DNA of 64,000 nucleotides, taken from a virus (Duplodnaviria; Caudoviricetes). The stretch's first letter is position 1. Every line of letters begins with the position of its first letter. The stretch is from the IMG/VR virus record IMGVR_UViG_3300025674_000014; one strand, 5' to 3'. The position numbers and the translations under genes are program-made. Below, one piece after another: positions 46,966 through 56,851 of this stretch. Under the pieces are notes generated by a model. It was not told the origin of the DNA. It did no database searches and worked only from the letters and a program-made list of their open reading frames with translations.

Positions 46966-49461
46966 ATGGCACGAAGAACTATACAAAGTCCTGGTGTAGA
47001 AATTAATGAAGTAGATTTGTCCTTGCGTCCAGCAGACAAAATAGGTACAAATATTTTCATTACAGGTTTCTCTCCTGACGGACCAAATGATGAAATTGTA
47101 CAGGTATCCAGTTTATCAGAATTCACTCAGATTTATGGGGCCCCAACTAACCCAGCAGAAAGATATTTCTACCATACAGTGGCGGAATCTTTTAAAAGCA
47201 GAGCCAATATTTTGGTTAACAGATTACCATATGGTGAAAATTTAGGTTCTGGATTCTCGAACAACTATTTTGCGACTGTTTACCCGGTTGTACCTATTAA
47301 CCAAACAGCGTTCGATGCTTTAAGTGGCACCGAAAACAGTTATTTGTCAGCTAATATTGATCAAGAAGGTGGTCAAACTGAAACTCAATTCAGCCCAGCT
47401 TCAGCAGGGGATGATATCATATATTGTATCGGCAAACCAACGTTCCTTTCATTGACACAAGAGCAATATACAGCAATTATAGACGACTCTGCTTTTCAAT
47501 GGAGTGATACCCCAGGTATACCAGGTAGTTTTGAAGTAGATAATACCCAATCAACAACAGCAACTCAATTAGCTACATTGGCTAAGGCTGGTATTATAGT
47601 TTTAAATACAGCAAAAACTACAGTTAATCAAAAGTTTGAAGGTTATTACTTAAACATTGCTGATAATACAAATCTTTATGCCTCGACTGATTATGATGAT
47701 ATTGTAAAAGTAAAAGTTTCAAAAGATGAAACAAATAAAACTCAACAATATAGCGTTCTTCAAACCATACCCGAGTCTAGATTAAACTTCTTATTATCTG
47801 CTGATTATAACAGTGATGCAACCCCGGCGAACTTATCGTTAACTCAAGAAAGTATACCAACATTCAAAATTAATACACCATATTTTGATGATACGTTAAT
47901 ATTTGGTTTATACAAATTAAGACAGTCGGTATTTTCACCTGAAGTTACAAAACTTGATTATGTTTTAGAAGAAGGTTATTTTGGAAGTATAGATTATTAT
48001 AGACAAATTAATAACCCTAACGGTGGTGCTCCTATGAGTTTCTACTTACCGCAAATATTAACAAATAATAGTGTTAATTTAGCAGTTAAGATTAATAAAA
48101 ACATAATGGGTAGAGGTTCGTCTGGTAATCTTAATGATGACGGTACACCGAACAGAAAAGTGAGAGTAATCACAACCCAGCTTGTTAATAACTATTATGA
48201 AAGCGGCACATCAGGTGATGCAAATACATCTTACAGAGAAATTGTAGGTTTACCTCAAGCAAACATTTCTAATATTGCCGATGGTAATTATATTTACGAT
48301 GTTAATGGAAATAAAAGAACAGCAGAGTTTTCAATAGGAGATGCTTCACTGTTACCTGCAGGTTCTTACAGCACTACTAAAGAAACTAATAACGAAATCG
48401 GTGACTTACCCGGTAAGTTAGATAGAGTATTTGATAGATTAGCAAATATTGATTTATTTGATATCGATATTATGACTGATGGTGGTTTGAGTACAATCCA
48501 AACTACAGTAAAGAATACTGCTAACACATCAAATGCAAACAAATACTTTGATGATAGAGATGCATTAACTGGTATTGCTGGTTTAGGTACAACTGGTATT
48601 ACATTAGATGCTGATGCAAGTGCAATTAGATCATCTTGGGCAACTATTACTAATAAGTTTATTAACTTTGCAAGTAATGTTAGAAAAGATTTTATCTTTA
48701 TATCTGACCCAATTCGTCAAATTTTGATATCTGGCGACAATACAAAAGGTATTAATATACCAGGTCAGACATTCCCGTTAAACATTTTAACACCATTAAA
48801 ACAAATCTACAGTATTATTAATACAAATTATGCTGCAGCTTATGCATCATATGCCCAGGTTTATGATAATGGTGTTGGAGGTCAGGTTTGGATTCCATTC
48901 TCTGGTATAGCAGCTGCGAATTACGCTCGCACCGATGCAAGTTTTGCACCATGGTATGCACCAGCTGGTTTCACTAGAGGGTTGGTTGCAGTAAATGATA
49001 TTGCATTATATCCAAATCAGAAACAAAGAGATCAGTTATACGATCAAGTTAATATAAACCCTGTTGCGTTCTTCCCGAGCGAAGGGTTTGTAATATTTGG
49101 TCAGAAGACACTTCAAAGTCAACCAAGTGCGTTTGACAGAGTAAATGTTCGTCGTTTGTTCCTTTACTTAGAAAAACGTACAAGGGAAACAGTGAAGTAT
49201 TTCGTCTTCGAGCCAAACACTCTGTTTACCAGGACAAACGTCATAAATGTTCTAACCCCAATCTTTGAAGATGCAAAGAACAATGAAGGCCTTTATGATT
49301 ATCTCATTGTTTGCGACGAACGTAATAATACGCCAGACGTCATCGATGCCAATGAATTGGTAGTAGATATATACTTGAAACCAGTTAGAGCTGCTGAGTT
49401 TATCTTAGTAAACTTCTATGCTACGCGCACCGGTACTGATTTTAGCGAAATTGTCGGTTAA
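46966..49461 (+). CDS. gp18: Contractile tail sheath gp18
   Basis: SPGVEINEVD, PWYAPAGFTRG, INPV, FGQKT, RVNVRRLFL and FEPN motifs. Confidence 0.95.
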   Translation: MARRTIQSPGVEINEVDLSLRPADKIGTNIFITGFSPDGPNDEIVQVSSLSEFTQIYGAPTNPAERYFYHTVAESFKSRANILVNRLPYGENLGSGFSNNYFATVYPVVPINQTAFDALSGTENSYLSANIDQEGGQTETQFSPASAGDDIIYCIGKPTFLSLTQEQYTAIIDDSAFQWSDTPGIPGSFEVDNTQSTTATQLATLAKAGIIVLNTAKTTVNQKFEGYYLNIADNTNLYASTDYDDIVKVKVSKDETNKTQQYSVLQTIPESRLNFLLSADYNSDATPANLSLTQESIPTFKINTPYFDDTLIFGLYKLRQSVFSPEVTKLDYVLEEGYFGSIDYYRQINNPNGGAPMSFYLPQILTNNSVNLAVKINKNIMGRGSSGNLNDDGTPNRKVRVITTQLVNNYYESGTSGDANTSYREIVGLPQANISNIADGNYIYDVNGNKRTAEFSIGDASLLPAGSYSTTKETNNEIGDLPGKLDRVFDRLANIDLFDIDIMTDGGLSTIQTTVKNTANTSNANKYFDDRDALTGIAGLGTTGITLDADASAIRSSWATITNKFINFASNVRKDFIFISDPIRQILISGDNTKGINIPGQTFPLNILTPLKQIYSIINTNYAAAYASYAQVYDNGVGGQVWIPFSGIAAANYARTDASFAPWYAPAGFTRGLVAVNDIALYPNQKQRDQLYDQVNINPVAFFPSEGFVIFGQKTLQSQPSAFDRVNVRRLFLYLEKRTRETVKYFVFEPNTLFTRTNVINVLTPIFEDAKNNEGLYDYLIVCDERNNTPDVIDANELVVDIYLKPVRAAEFILVNFYATRTGTDFSEIVG

Positions 49462-49489
49462 CCAATAGCTTAAATTAGTACATCTTCCT

Positions 49490-49517
49490 AAACCGGGTCG
49501 TAAGGCCCGGTTTTTTT
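49490..49517 (+). terminator. Rho-independent terminator
   Basis: AACCGGGTC-GTAA-GGCCCGGTT followed by a T run. Confidence 0.9.
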
Positions 49518-49550
49518 ATCAAAAGATAACTAGTAAGCATAAATAATGAT

Positions 49551-50096
49551 ATGCCAGACGTACGTCAAACAATATCTGATTTTTACAGAGTAGCAGTAGA
49601 ACGTGACTTCGCAAGAGATTTTCAATTCAGAGTCTTGAGCATTGACTCAGGCGGTGCCAGTTCCGTCACATTTGATGAAGATGACCTTGTGTATTGCACA
49701 GCTGCTAATTTACCAGCAAGAGCAATTACTAATGTAGCGGTACCATACATGGGGTTAAATTTTAATGTACCTGGAAATGCTACTTACCCTGGAAGTGATG
49801 GTTATACCCTTAACTTTTACAGTGATCAAAACTCAGTACTTAGACAGAAATTTGAAGACATGTCTAGAGATATTTTTGATGACGCTACTAGTACTGGTAA
49901 TTATTTTGCACCTAGACAATCTGCTGTTATCGACTTAGTTCAGTTAGATACACAGTTAGATGCAGTTGCACAATATCAGTTAGTTGGTGCATCGGTTAGA
50001 AATGTTGGTGAATTAACGTACAACATTTCTGGCGGCAGTGGTACTATAGTTAACTTTACAGCTACTATGGCATACCACTACTTTAGACGTCGTTAA
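49551..50096 (+). CDS. gp19: Tail tube protein gp19
   Basis: FARDFQFRV, AANLPAR, VPYMG..PG, QLDTQL and FTATMAYHYF motifs; follows the sheath gene. Confidence 0.85.
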   Translation: MPDVRQTISDFYRVAVERDFARDFQFRVLSIDSGGASSVTFDEDDLVYCTAANLPARAITNVAVPYMGLNFNVPGNATYPGSDGYTLNFYSDQNSVLRQKFEDMSRDIFDDATSTGNYFAPRQSAVIDLVQLDTQLDAVAQYQLVGASVRNVGELTYNISGGSGTIVNFTATMAYHYFRRR

Positions 50097-50102
50097 TACT
50101 TT

Positions 50103-50453
50103 ATGATAGAGGTTCTATTTGAGGTTGACGAGGGGCCAGCCTTTACAGAGTATGTAATGTACATAAAAAAGAACGTTAAACGTTCTAGAGCCGGTTGTTT
50201 ATCAGTTTACACCGACAAAAAGCAAGATGATTACCTTTTTGTCGGTTCTTCTTTTGTAGAACAACGGTTTAGAGGTAAAGGTTATGGCAAATGTATGTAT
50301 GAATATGCAATTAACGACAAAGGGGCATTAAAAACTAATTATCATGAAGCATCAGATCAAGCCCAAAACGTTTGGAGGTCATTAATTAAAAAATATAAGT
50401 ATAGAAAAGATTTTTTTAGTGGTACTTTGACCTTATATAATAAACCTAAATAA
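50103..50453 (+). CDS. GNAT-like acetyltransferase
   Basis: VEQRFRGKGYGKCMY acetyl-CoA motif A and ASDQAQNVW. Confidence 0.65.
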   Translation: MIEVLFEVDEGPAFTEYVMYIKKNVKRSRAGCLSVYTDKKQDDYLFVGSSFVEQRFRGKGYGKCMYEYAINDKGALKTNYHEASDQAQNVWRSLIKKYKYRKDFFSGTLTLYNKPK

Positions 50454-50458
50454 TAATA

Positions 50459-51337
50459 GTGAATAATCCTTTCTCAAGTGCAATAAGAGGTTTGGGTAAA
50501 AATGTAAGTGGTTTACTTACAGGTCAAAACCCTTTAGCTCAACCTCAAATTACTTCTGTTTTTGGATTTGCTGTACCTGGTGTGCCGTTAATAAGCACCA
50601 GAGACTTCTTTTTATCACAAATGGAGTCTTGGTTCTCAGCTATACCGTTAAGAACACAATGGATGGTTCTAATTCAAGGTTACCCTGCATTACTTCAAAC
50701 ACAAGTAATACATTCCCTAGAAAGGTATGAAGGTAACTATAATAATTTTGATATAAGTCAGGCTGTAAGTATTTTAAAATCATTTCCTCTTAATAGGGTA
50801 ACGGGGTGTGTGTTTGCTCAAGGTGTTAATATACCATCTGGTCAAACTTTAGACACTCAAAAGGATAAAATCTTTGGAGATAAGCAAAGAGGGTTCTTAC
50901 CTGGTCAGATTAGTTCAGGTAAAAACGCATTTGACAATCTTACAATACAATTTAGAGAAACAAATACATCTTTTGTTGATTTTGTAGTAAGACCTTGGTC
51001 AATGTTATCTAGTCATTTTGGTTTTGTAGCAAGAGAAGCAGGTGACTTAAGAGATATGAAAACTAATATTACGATTTTACAATATACTAGATCGTATCAA
51101 AAAATATCTCAAATACCTAGAAAGATTTGGACTTTTTATAACTGTTATCCAGTGTCAGTAGATAATAAAAATCTAACTTATGATGCCGAAGCAATGGATA
51201 TACATTCTACACAATGGGCATTTAGCAATTATGCTATTCAGAACAATTTGTACTTACCATTACCTGACATTATTAATAAGATAGCATCTGGAAATATCAA
51301 CCGCTTGTCGCCTTTCCAGCGTGGAGGATTTGCTTAA
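50459..51337 (+). CDS. Baseplate-tube junction protein (gp54/gp48-like)
   Basis: Tube-like fold motifs FAQGVNIP, LTIQFRETN and WTFYNCYPVSV; position in the tail operon. Confidence 0.6.
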   Translation: MNNPFSSAIRGLGKNVSGLLTGQNPLAQPQITSVFGFAVPGVPLISTRDFFLSQMESWFSAIPLRTQWMVLIQGYPALLQTQVIHSLERYEGNYNNFDISQAVSILKSFPLNRVTGCVFAQGVNIPSGQTLDTQKDKIFGDKQRGFLPGQISSGKNAFDNLTIQFRETNTSFVDFVVRPWSMLSSHFGFVAREAGDLRDMKTNITILQYTRSYQKISQIPRKIWTFYNCYPVSVDNKNLTYDAEAMDIHSTQWAFSNYAIQNNLYLPLPDIINKIASGNINRLSPFQRGGFA

Positions 51338-51353
51338 TTAGATAAGTTATTAA

Positions 51354-52199
51354 GTGAGTTTAGACTTTTTGTATCCCGTATCTATTACAAGAGATAGAAA
51401 AGTTCTATGTAAAGAAATAACCAATCAACATCTAATTACAATACAAAAGTATATTGAAACAGATGATAATGAACTTCTAAGTAACCATTTCGAAAATTTA
51501 ATTCATAACGTTACAGTTAAATATGAAAATCTAAATTTATTAGATAAATTTCTCATATTAATTAACATAAGAAAAAATTGCTTAGGTAACACTATTGATG
51601 TATTATCAAGTGATGGTACAAAAAATTCAATTGGGTTAACTTATGTTACAGAAAATATTTTAAACAATTACAAACATAAAAAAATAGTTGAAACATATAA
51701 TGACGTTAAGATAGTTTGTACCTTTCCTGTTAAGATATCTCATTTCGATAATTTCTATGACAACATTAGCATGATAGAAATAGAAGGTAATAAAATTTAC
51801 CTAGGAGATTTATCAATTACCGAATCTGAAGAGATATTAGAAAATATACCCTTTCAATTATTAAAGAGAGTAAAAGAGAAATCTTATCAGCTAAAACAAA
51901 AAACAATAAATCTGTTTGAAATAATAAATGAAAAGAAACCCGTTAGTTATCCATTTAATTTTAAGTCATCTGAAATATTTGAAATGTTAAAATTAAGCTT
52001 TACTAACAATCTAAAAAACTTATATTATAATCAGTATATAATGAGTAGTAAACTTAATGTACCACCCTCTGATTATAATAGAATGACTCCAGGCGAATCA
52101 AAGATAATGATTAAACATTTAGTAGATGAGTTAGAAAAACAAAATAAAAGATCCGAACAAGGAGCACCACCACCTGGAATAGGACAAATGCCTCAATAA
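51354..52199 (+). CDS. Baseplate hub assembly protein (gp26/gp51-like)
   Basis: KFLILINIRKNCLG resembles gp26; the C-terminus YNRMTPGESKIMIKHL resembles gp51. Confidence 0.5.
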   Translation: MSLDFLYPVSITRDRKVLCKEITNQHLITIQKYIETDDNELLSNHFENLIHNVTVKYENLNLLDKFLILINIRKNCLGNTIDVLSSDGTKNSIGLTYVTENILNNYKHKKIVETYNDVKIVCTFPVKISHFDNFYDNISMIEIEGNKIYLGDLSITESEEILENIPFQLLKRVKEKSYQLKQKTINLFEIINEKKPVSYPFNFKSSEIFEMLKLSFTNNLKNLYYNQYIMSSKLNVPPSDYNRMTPGESKIMIKHLVDELEKQNKRSEQGAPPPGIGQMPQ

Positions 52200-52208
52200 A
52201 TCATATAT

Positions 52209-52397
52209 ATGTCACTTAACAACGAAGAAATTGGAAAAATTAACACCCTTTTTAAGCAATTAGACGAAAAGGATTCACAAATCAATAGTTTACGTAACGA
52301 GCTTGAAAGCTACCGTAGTATTGTAACTGAGATGAATACTAAACTAGATACTCTTATTGGAGTACTTGGTGAAAAGAAAACAGCTAAAGCTAAATAA
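52209..52397 (+). CDS. Small coiled-coil protein
   Basis: 62 aa with a heptad pattern. Confidence 0.55.
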   Translation: MSLNNEEIGKINTLFKQLDEKDSQINSLRNELESYRSIVTEMNTKLDTLIGVLGEKKTAKAK

Positions 52398-52405
52398 ATA
52401 TTTGC

Positions 52406-52639
52406 ATGCCAGATGCACTGTTAACTGTTTCTATCCACGATGATTACACTATTAAAACTGTAGATGTTAACACCGGTGCAATAAAAAACATAAGACACGT
52501 AGGTGGCAAAATTATTCAAGGCCCTGTCATTACCGATGACAGGGTTACTGTTACAGTTCAAGAACCTTCCGGTAAGATTGGAAAAATATATACCATATCT
52601 AACCTTTTTCTTAAGAAAACATTTGTAGTTACAGCTTGA
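52406..52639 (+). CDS. Small beta-rich late protein
   Basis: 77 aa, with TAAATA 5 nt upstream. Confidence 0.55.
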   Translation: MPDALLTVSIHDDYTIKTVDVNTGAIKNIRHVGGKIIQGPVITDDRVTVTVQEPSGKIGKIYTISNLFLKKTFVVTA

Positions 52640-52669
52640 AATCTTTAGGATAATACATATTATAACTAT

Positions 52670-53140
52670 ATGTTGCCTTTAGATTTAACAAATGAGTTAT
52701 CTCTTGATCTAAACTATATAGATCATAAGAATTTAAGTGTAGATGGAACCAGTCTCTTTTATGGATTTCAAGTAAAAAATCAATATGATGAAAAACGACT
52801 ACTTATTGATGAATCTTTAAGTCCAATCAGAATACAGCATAAAGACACCGATAAACATTTTTACGGTATTCAATTAGAAGGCAACAAAACATATGATAAT
52901 TTAAAACAGCATTTGTTTTATCATATGTCTGATAAAGAATACCGTTTACTTTTTTCTGAGTTTAATATAGAAACTCAAAACTCGTACGAGTTGTACAATT
53001 TTGGTATTTTTCCATTTGATAAATTATCAGATTTATGTAATTTATCTTTCGAAAGTGGTAGATTTTTTGCTAATACCGAAGTACCTTTTTACCAGAGAAT
53101 TTCAGGGTTAACCCCTTATATATTTGTAGATAAGAATTGA
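52670..53140 (+). CDS. Hypothetical protein
   Basis: 156 aa; promoter TTGAAA-N16-TATTAT at 52636-63. Confidence 0.55.
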   Translation: MLPLDLTNELSLDLNYIDHKNLSVDGTSLFYGFQVKNQYDEKRLLIDESLSPIRIQHKDTDKHFYGIQLEGNKTYDNLKQHLFYHMSDKEYRLLFSEFNIETQNSYELYNFGIFPFDKLSDLCNLSFESGRFFANTEVPFYQRISGLTPYIFVDKN

Positions 53141-53141
53141 T

Positions 53142-55592
53142 ATGAATGTAATTAAGAGAAATGGACGGAAAGCAGCTTTTGATGAAAGTAAAATCAAAGC
53201 GTGTATTGAACGAGCTTGCGAAGGACTAGATAATGTCGATCATGATCAAATACTTTACAATGCCCGAATCAAACTATTTGACGGGGTAAAGACATCAGAC
53301 ATTGACAAATCATTAATTAAGTCAGCTAGAGCATTGATTGAACAAGAACCTCTGTATAAAAAGGTAGCAGCGCGACTACTTCACAAGACAATTGTTAAGG
53401 AAGTGTTTCAAGAAAGTGCCGATCAAGATGCATACGAGTTACAATATCGTAAAACGTTTATTGTTAACATGAAAGCTCTAATCAAGTACGGGCTTGTATC
53501 AAAAGAGCTACGTAAATTTGATCTTACCGAACTATCTAACTATCTTAAACTCGAAAGAGATGATAAGTTTGAGTATCTTGGCTTACAAACAATTTATGAC
53601 CGGTATCTTTTGCATATCGATCAAAAGAGGTATGAAACACCTCAAGCATTTTGGATGAGAGTTGCAATGGGGCTTGCAATCAAAGAGGAGAATAAAACAG
53701 AATGGGCGAAAAAGTTCTACGATGTCTTATCTACATTTACATTCATGTCATCGACGCCTACATTGTTTAATTCGGGTTGTGTGCATAACCAACTCTCATC
53801 CTGTTTCCTTTCAACCTTTGAAGATAGCATAGATGGTATCTTTGATGGTTTACATCAAGAGGCTTTGAAGAGTAAATACGCTGGTGGGCTTGGTATGGAC
53901 CTAACTCCATTCAGACCAGCTGGTAATCATATCAGAGGTACTAACGGTCTATCGCAAGGGGCTGTTTATTTCTGGAAGATTTATAATGACATGCTAGTAG
54001 CAGTTAACCAAGGTGGTAAACGTAAGGGTGCTGGATGTGGTTATCTTGAGTCTTGGCATGGTGAGATTAACGAATTTCTTGAACTAAAGAAAAACACAGG
54101 TGATGAACGTAAACGTACACATGATATGAATACGGCCAATTGGATTCCTGACTTGTTTATGAAGCAAGTTAAGAAGAATAGTGATTGGTATTTGTTCAGC
54201 CCATATGAATGTCCGAAACTTCACGAAAGCTGGGGTGAAGAGTTCGAAAATGAGTATGCAGAATGTGTTAAAAAGGGCAAAGCTGGTGAGCTCAAGACGT
54301 TCAAGAAGGTAGATGCGAAGGAACTTTGGAAGAAGATGCTCCGAATGATCTTCGAAACGGGTCACCCGTGGATTACATTCAAAGATCCTTCGAATCTACG
54401 TTACAGTAATCAACATGAAGGTGTTGTTCATAGTTCTAACCTTTGTACCGAAATTTTACTTCATACAAAACCAAGTACATACAAGGAAGATGGTAGCCGT
54501 AAGGTGAAAGAGTATGGTGAAACGGCTGTATGTAACTTAGGTAGTATTAATTTACGTGAACACATAGTACAAAAAGATATAAACTACCACAAGTTACAGA
54601 GTACAATTGAAATTGCTATTCGAATGTTGGATAATGTTATCGATATTAACTTTTACCCAACAGAAGAGGCTAGAAACTCTAATACAAAACACAGACCTAT
54701 TGGTTTAGGTTCAATGGGCTGGCATGATATGTTTTACTATCTTGATCTCAACATGGATTCCGATGAAGCTATCGAGTTATCTGGTAAGCTTTACGAGTTT
54801 ATTTCATATCATGCTATCTTGACCAGTTCTAAACTATCAAAAGAACGTGGAAGTTATTCAACATACAGTGGGTCACTATGGGATAAAGGTTTGCTACCTG
54901 TAGATACCTATAAAAAACTGTGTGAATACCGTGGCAGAGAGTTTGATGCGGTAGAAACCCTTGATTGGTCAGTGGTTAGAAACCATATTAAACGTCATGG
55001 TATGCGTAATTCTAATACAATGGCTATTGCTCCTACCGCAACTATTAGTAGTATTGTTGGGTGTGCCCAAAGTATTGAACCGTATTACAATAATATCTTT
55101 GTTTACAGTACGTTATCAGGTGATTTTACTATGATCAACGATGCGTTTATCAGAGATATGAAAGCTATCGGTTCTTGGAATATAGAAGCGTTAGAAAATC
55201 TTAAAGCATGTAACGGAGATTTGACGCTCTATGAGTTTCCTAAGGGGGTAAGTAGAGAAGATAAGTTACGGTTAAAAGATAAGTATAAAACAGCTTTCCA
55301 ACAGGATCAACTTAAATTGATCTCTGCTGCAGCAGCAAGACAAGTATGGATTGACCAAGGTCAAAGCTTGAATTTATACAACGATCAAACGTCACTTAAA
55401 ATACTAAACGATATGTATATGCATGCTTGGGAAGTAGGGTTAAAAACAACATACTACTTACGTAATAAAGGTGCAAGTCAGATTGAAAAAAGTACGGTTA
55501 AAACAGTAAAGAAAGAAGAAGTTACTGCAGCTCAAGAAAGTACAGTAGTTGCATGTAGTATTGATAATCCAGATTGTGAATCATGTCAGTAA
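53142..55592 (+). CDS. nrdA: Ribonucleotide reductase class I alpha subunit with ATP cone
   Basis: VIKRNG ATP cone, STPTLFNSG, LSSCF, SNLCTEI, VCNLGS, APTAT, TTYY and a C-terminal CESC. Confidence 0.96.
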   Translation: MNVIKRNGRKAAFDESKIKACIERACEGLDNVDHDQILYNARIKLFDGVKTSDIDKSLIKSARALIEQEPLYKKVAARLLHKTIVKEVFQESADQDAYELQYRKTFIVNMKALIKYGLVSKELRKFDLTELSNYLKLERDDKFEYLGLQTIYDRYLLHIDQKRYETPQAFWMRVAMGLAIKEENKTEWAKKFYDVLSTFTFMSSTPTLFNSGCVHNQLSSCFLSTFEDSIDGIFDGLHQEALKSKYAGGLGMDLTPFRPAGNHIRGTNGLSQGAVYFWKIYNDMLVAVNQGGKRKGAGCGYLESWHGEINEFLELKKNTGDERKRTHDMNTANWIPDLFMKQVKKNSDWYLFSPYECPKLHESWGEEFENEYAECVKKGKAGELKTFKKVDAKELWKKMLRMIFETGHPWITFKDPSNLRYSNQHEGVVHSSNLCTEILLHTKPSTYKEDGSRKVKEYGETAVCNLGSINLREHIVQKDINYHKLQSTIEIAIRMLDNVIDINFYPTEEARNSNTKHRPIGLGSMGWHDMFYYLDLNMDSDEAIELSGKLYEFISYHAILTSSKLSKERGSYSTYSGSLWDKGLLPVDTYKKLCEYRGREFDAVETLDWSVVRNHIKRHGMRNSNTMAIAPTATISSIVGCAQSIEPYYNNIFVYSTLSGDFTMINDAFIRDMKAIGSWNIEALENLKACNGDLTLYEFPKGVSREDKLRLKDKYKTAFQQDQLKLISAAAARQVWIDQGQSLNLYNDQTSLKILNDMYMHAWEVGLKTTYYLRNKGASQIEKSTVKTVKKEEVTAAQESTVVACSIDNPDCESCQ

Positions 55593-55801
55593 GATTATCC
55601 ACAGATCAGTTAAATTTATTAACTGAAGATGAATTAAATCTAGTCCTTTATGTTGTTAATCAGCATATGGGACTAGATCCCGTATTTATCAAATCTATTA
55701 AGAAGAAAAAAATTCATGAAACTTTTCTTAACATAGAAAACACGCTATCTCCAACCGGAAGAGATGTGTTTGAAAATTTATCAAAAAAAATCTTCTTGTG
55801 A
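55583..55801 (+). CDS. Hypothetical protein between nrdA and nrdB
   Basis: 72 aa ORF. Confidence 0.5.
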   Translation: MSVRLSTDQLNLLTEDELNLVLYVVNQHMGLDPVFIKSIKKKKIHETFLNIENTLSPTGRDVFENLSKKIFL

Positions 55802-55832
55802 TATTACGCTGAGTATATATAATTATTTTTAT

Positions 55833-56831
55833 ATGGCAAAGACGGGTCAAATTCTTTCAAACGATTCAGCAGGTGTAAATCAAATTCTACCACATGTAAA
55901 TAAATGGGCATGGGATCTTTACAAGACAGGTAAACGTAATAATTGGGATCCAGAAGAGATTCCAATGACAAGAGATATACAAAATTGGAATAGTGATTTA
56001 CTTACTGATGAAGAAAAACATGTAGCTAAACGTACTCTTGGTTTCTTTGCTGGTAGTGAAAGTCTTGTTGGTAATAATTTAGTAACATTATACAAATACA
56101 TTACAGACCCAGAATGTAGGCAGTATATGTCTCGTCAAATTTGGGAAGAATGTTTACATAACGATACAATTGTTCATATTTGTGATTCCCTTTCTTTAGA
56201 TATTGCAGAAGTGTATGAAGCATATAGCAATATTCCGTCAATTAAAGCTAAAGACGAATTCTTGATGAATGTTACCAGGGGTATTTCAAAAGATATTGAT
56301 GTTGATACATTTGAAGGTAAACAAGAATTATTAAAAGCAGCTTTCTTGTACTGGATTGTTTGTGAAGGTACATTTTTCTTCTCTGGTTTTGCTATGTTAC
56401 TTTCAATGAAGGATAAGTTACCTGGTATTGGTGAACAAATTGAATATACTCTTCGTGATGAAAGTAACCATATTAAGTTTGGTTCGACTCTTATTAACAA
56501 AATTAAGGAACAACACCCAGAAGTTTGGACAGAAGAGTTTGTAGAAGAGTTAACTGAAATTTTAATGGATGCGGTTGAGCTGGAAATTGCATATGCAAGA
56601 GATGTTTTACCTAATGGTATTTTAGGTCTTAATGCTGATATGTTTGTAGAGTACATGCAATATATTGGTAACCGAAGACTTGAAGGTGTTGGTATTGAAC
56701 ATCGATTTGAATCTGATCGTAATCCTTTTGACTTTTTATCTGAAGTACAAGACTTGTTAAAAGCTAAAAACTTTTTTGAAACTCGTGTTATTGAGTATCA
56801 ATCCAGTGGTGCTTTGGTGGATGATTTCTAA
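55833..56831 (+). CDS. nrdB: Ribonucleotide reductase beta subunit, class Ic (R2c)-type signature
   Basis: Ligands GSE76SLV, E106CLH109, EGTFF and DESNH; Ile113 occupies the radical-Tyr position. Start 55833 follows promoter TTGTGA-N16-TATAAT. Confidence 0.93.
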   Translation: MAKTGQILSNDSAGVNQILPHVNKWAWDLYKTGKRNNWDPEEIPMTRDIQNWNSDLLTDEEKHVAKRTLGFFAGSESLVGNNLVTLYKYITDPECRQYMSRQIWEECLHNDTIVHICDSLSLDIAEVYEAYSNIPSIKAKDEFLMNVTRGISKDIDVDTFEGKQELLKAAFLYWIVCEGTFFFSGFAMLLSMKDKLPGIGEQIEYTLRDESNHIKFGSTLINKIKEQHPEVWTEEFVEELTEILMDAVELEIAYARDVLPNGILGLNADMFVEYMQYIGNRRLEGVGIEHRFESDRNPFDFLSEVQDLLKAKNFFETRVIEYQSSGALVDDF

Positions 56832-56851
56832 TATCATCATATAATTTATAA

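Noticed and set aside
55764-55832. N-terminal extensions in the ORF track (nrdB from 55764, kinase from 59774, GIY-YIG from 6708, GT-like from 1921)
   Set aside because: They run through promoters, terminators or neighbouring genes; downstream ATGs fit homology and promoter spacing better.
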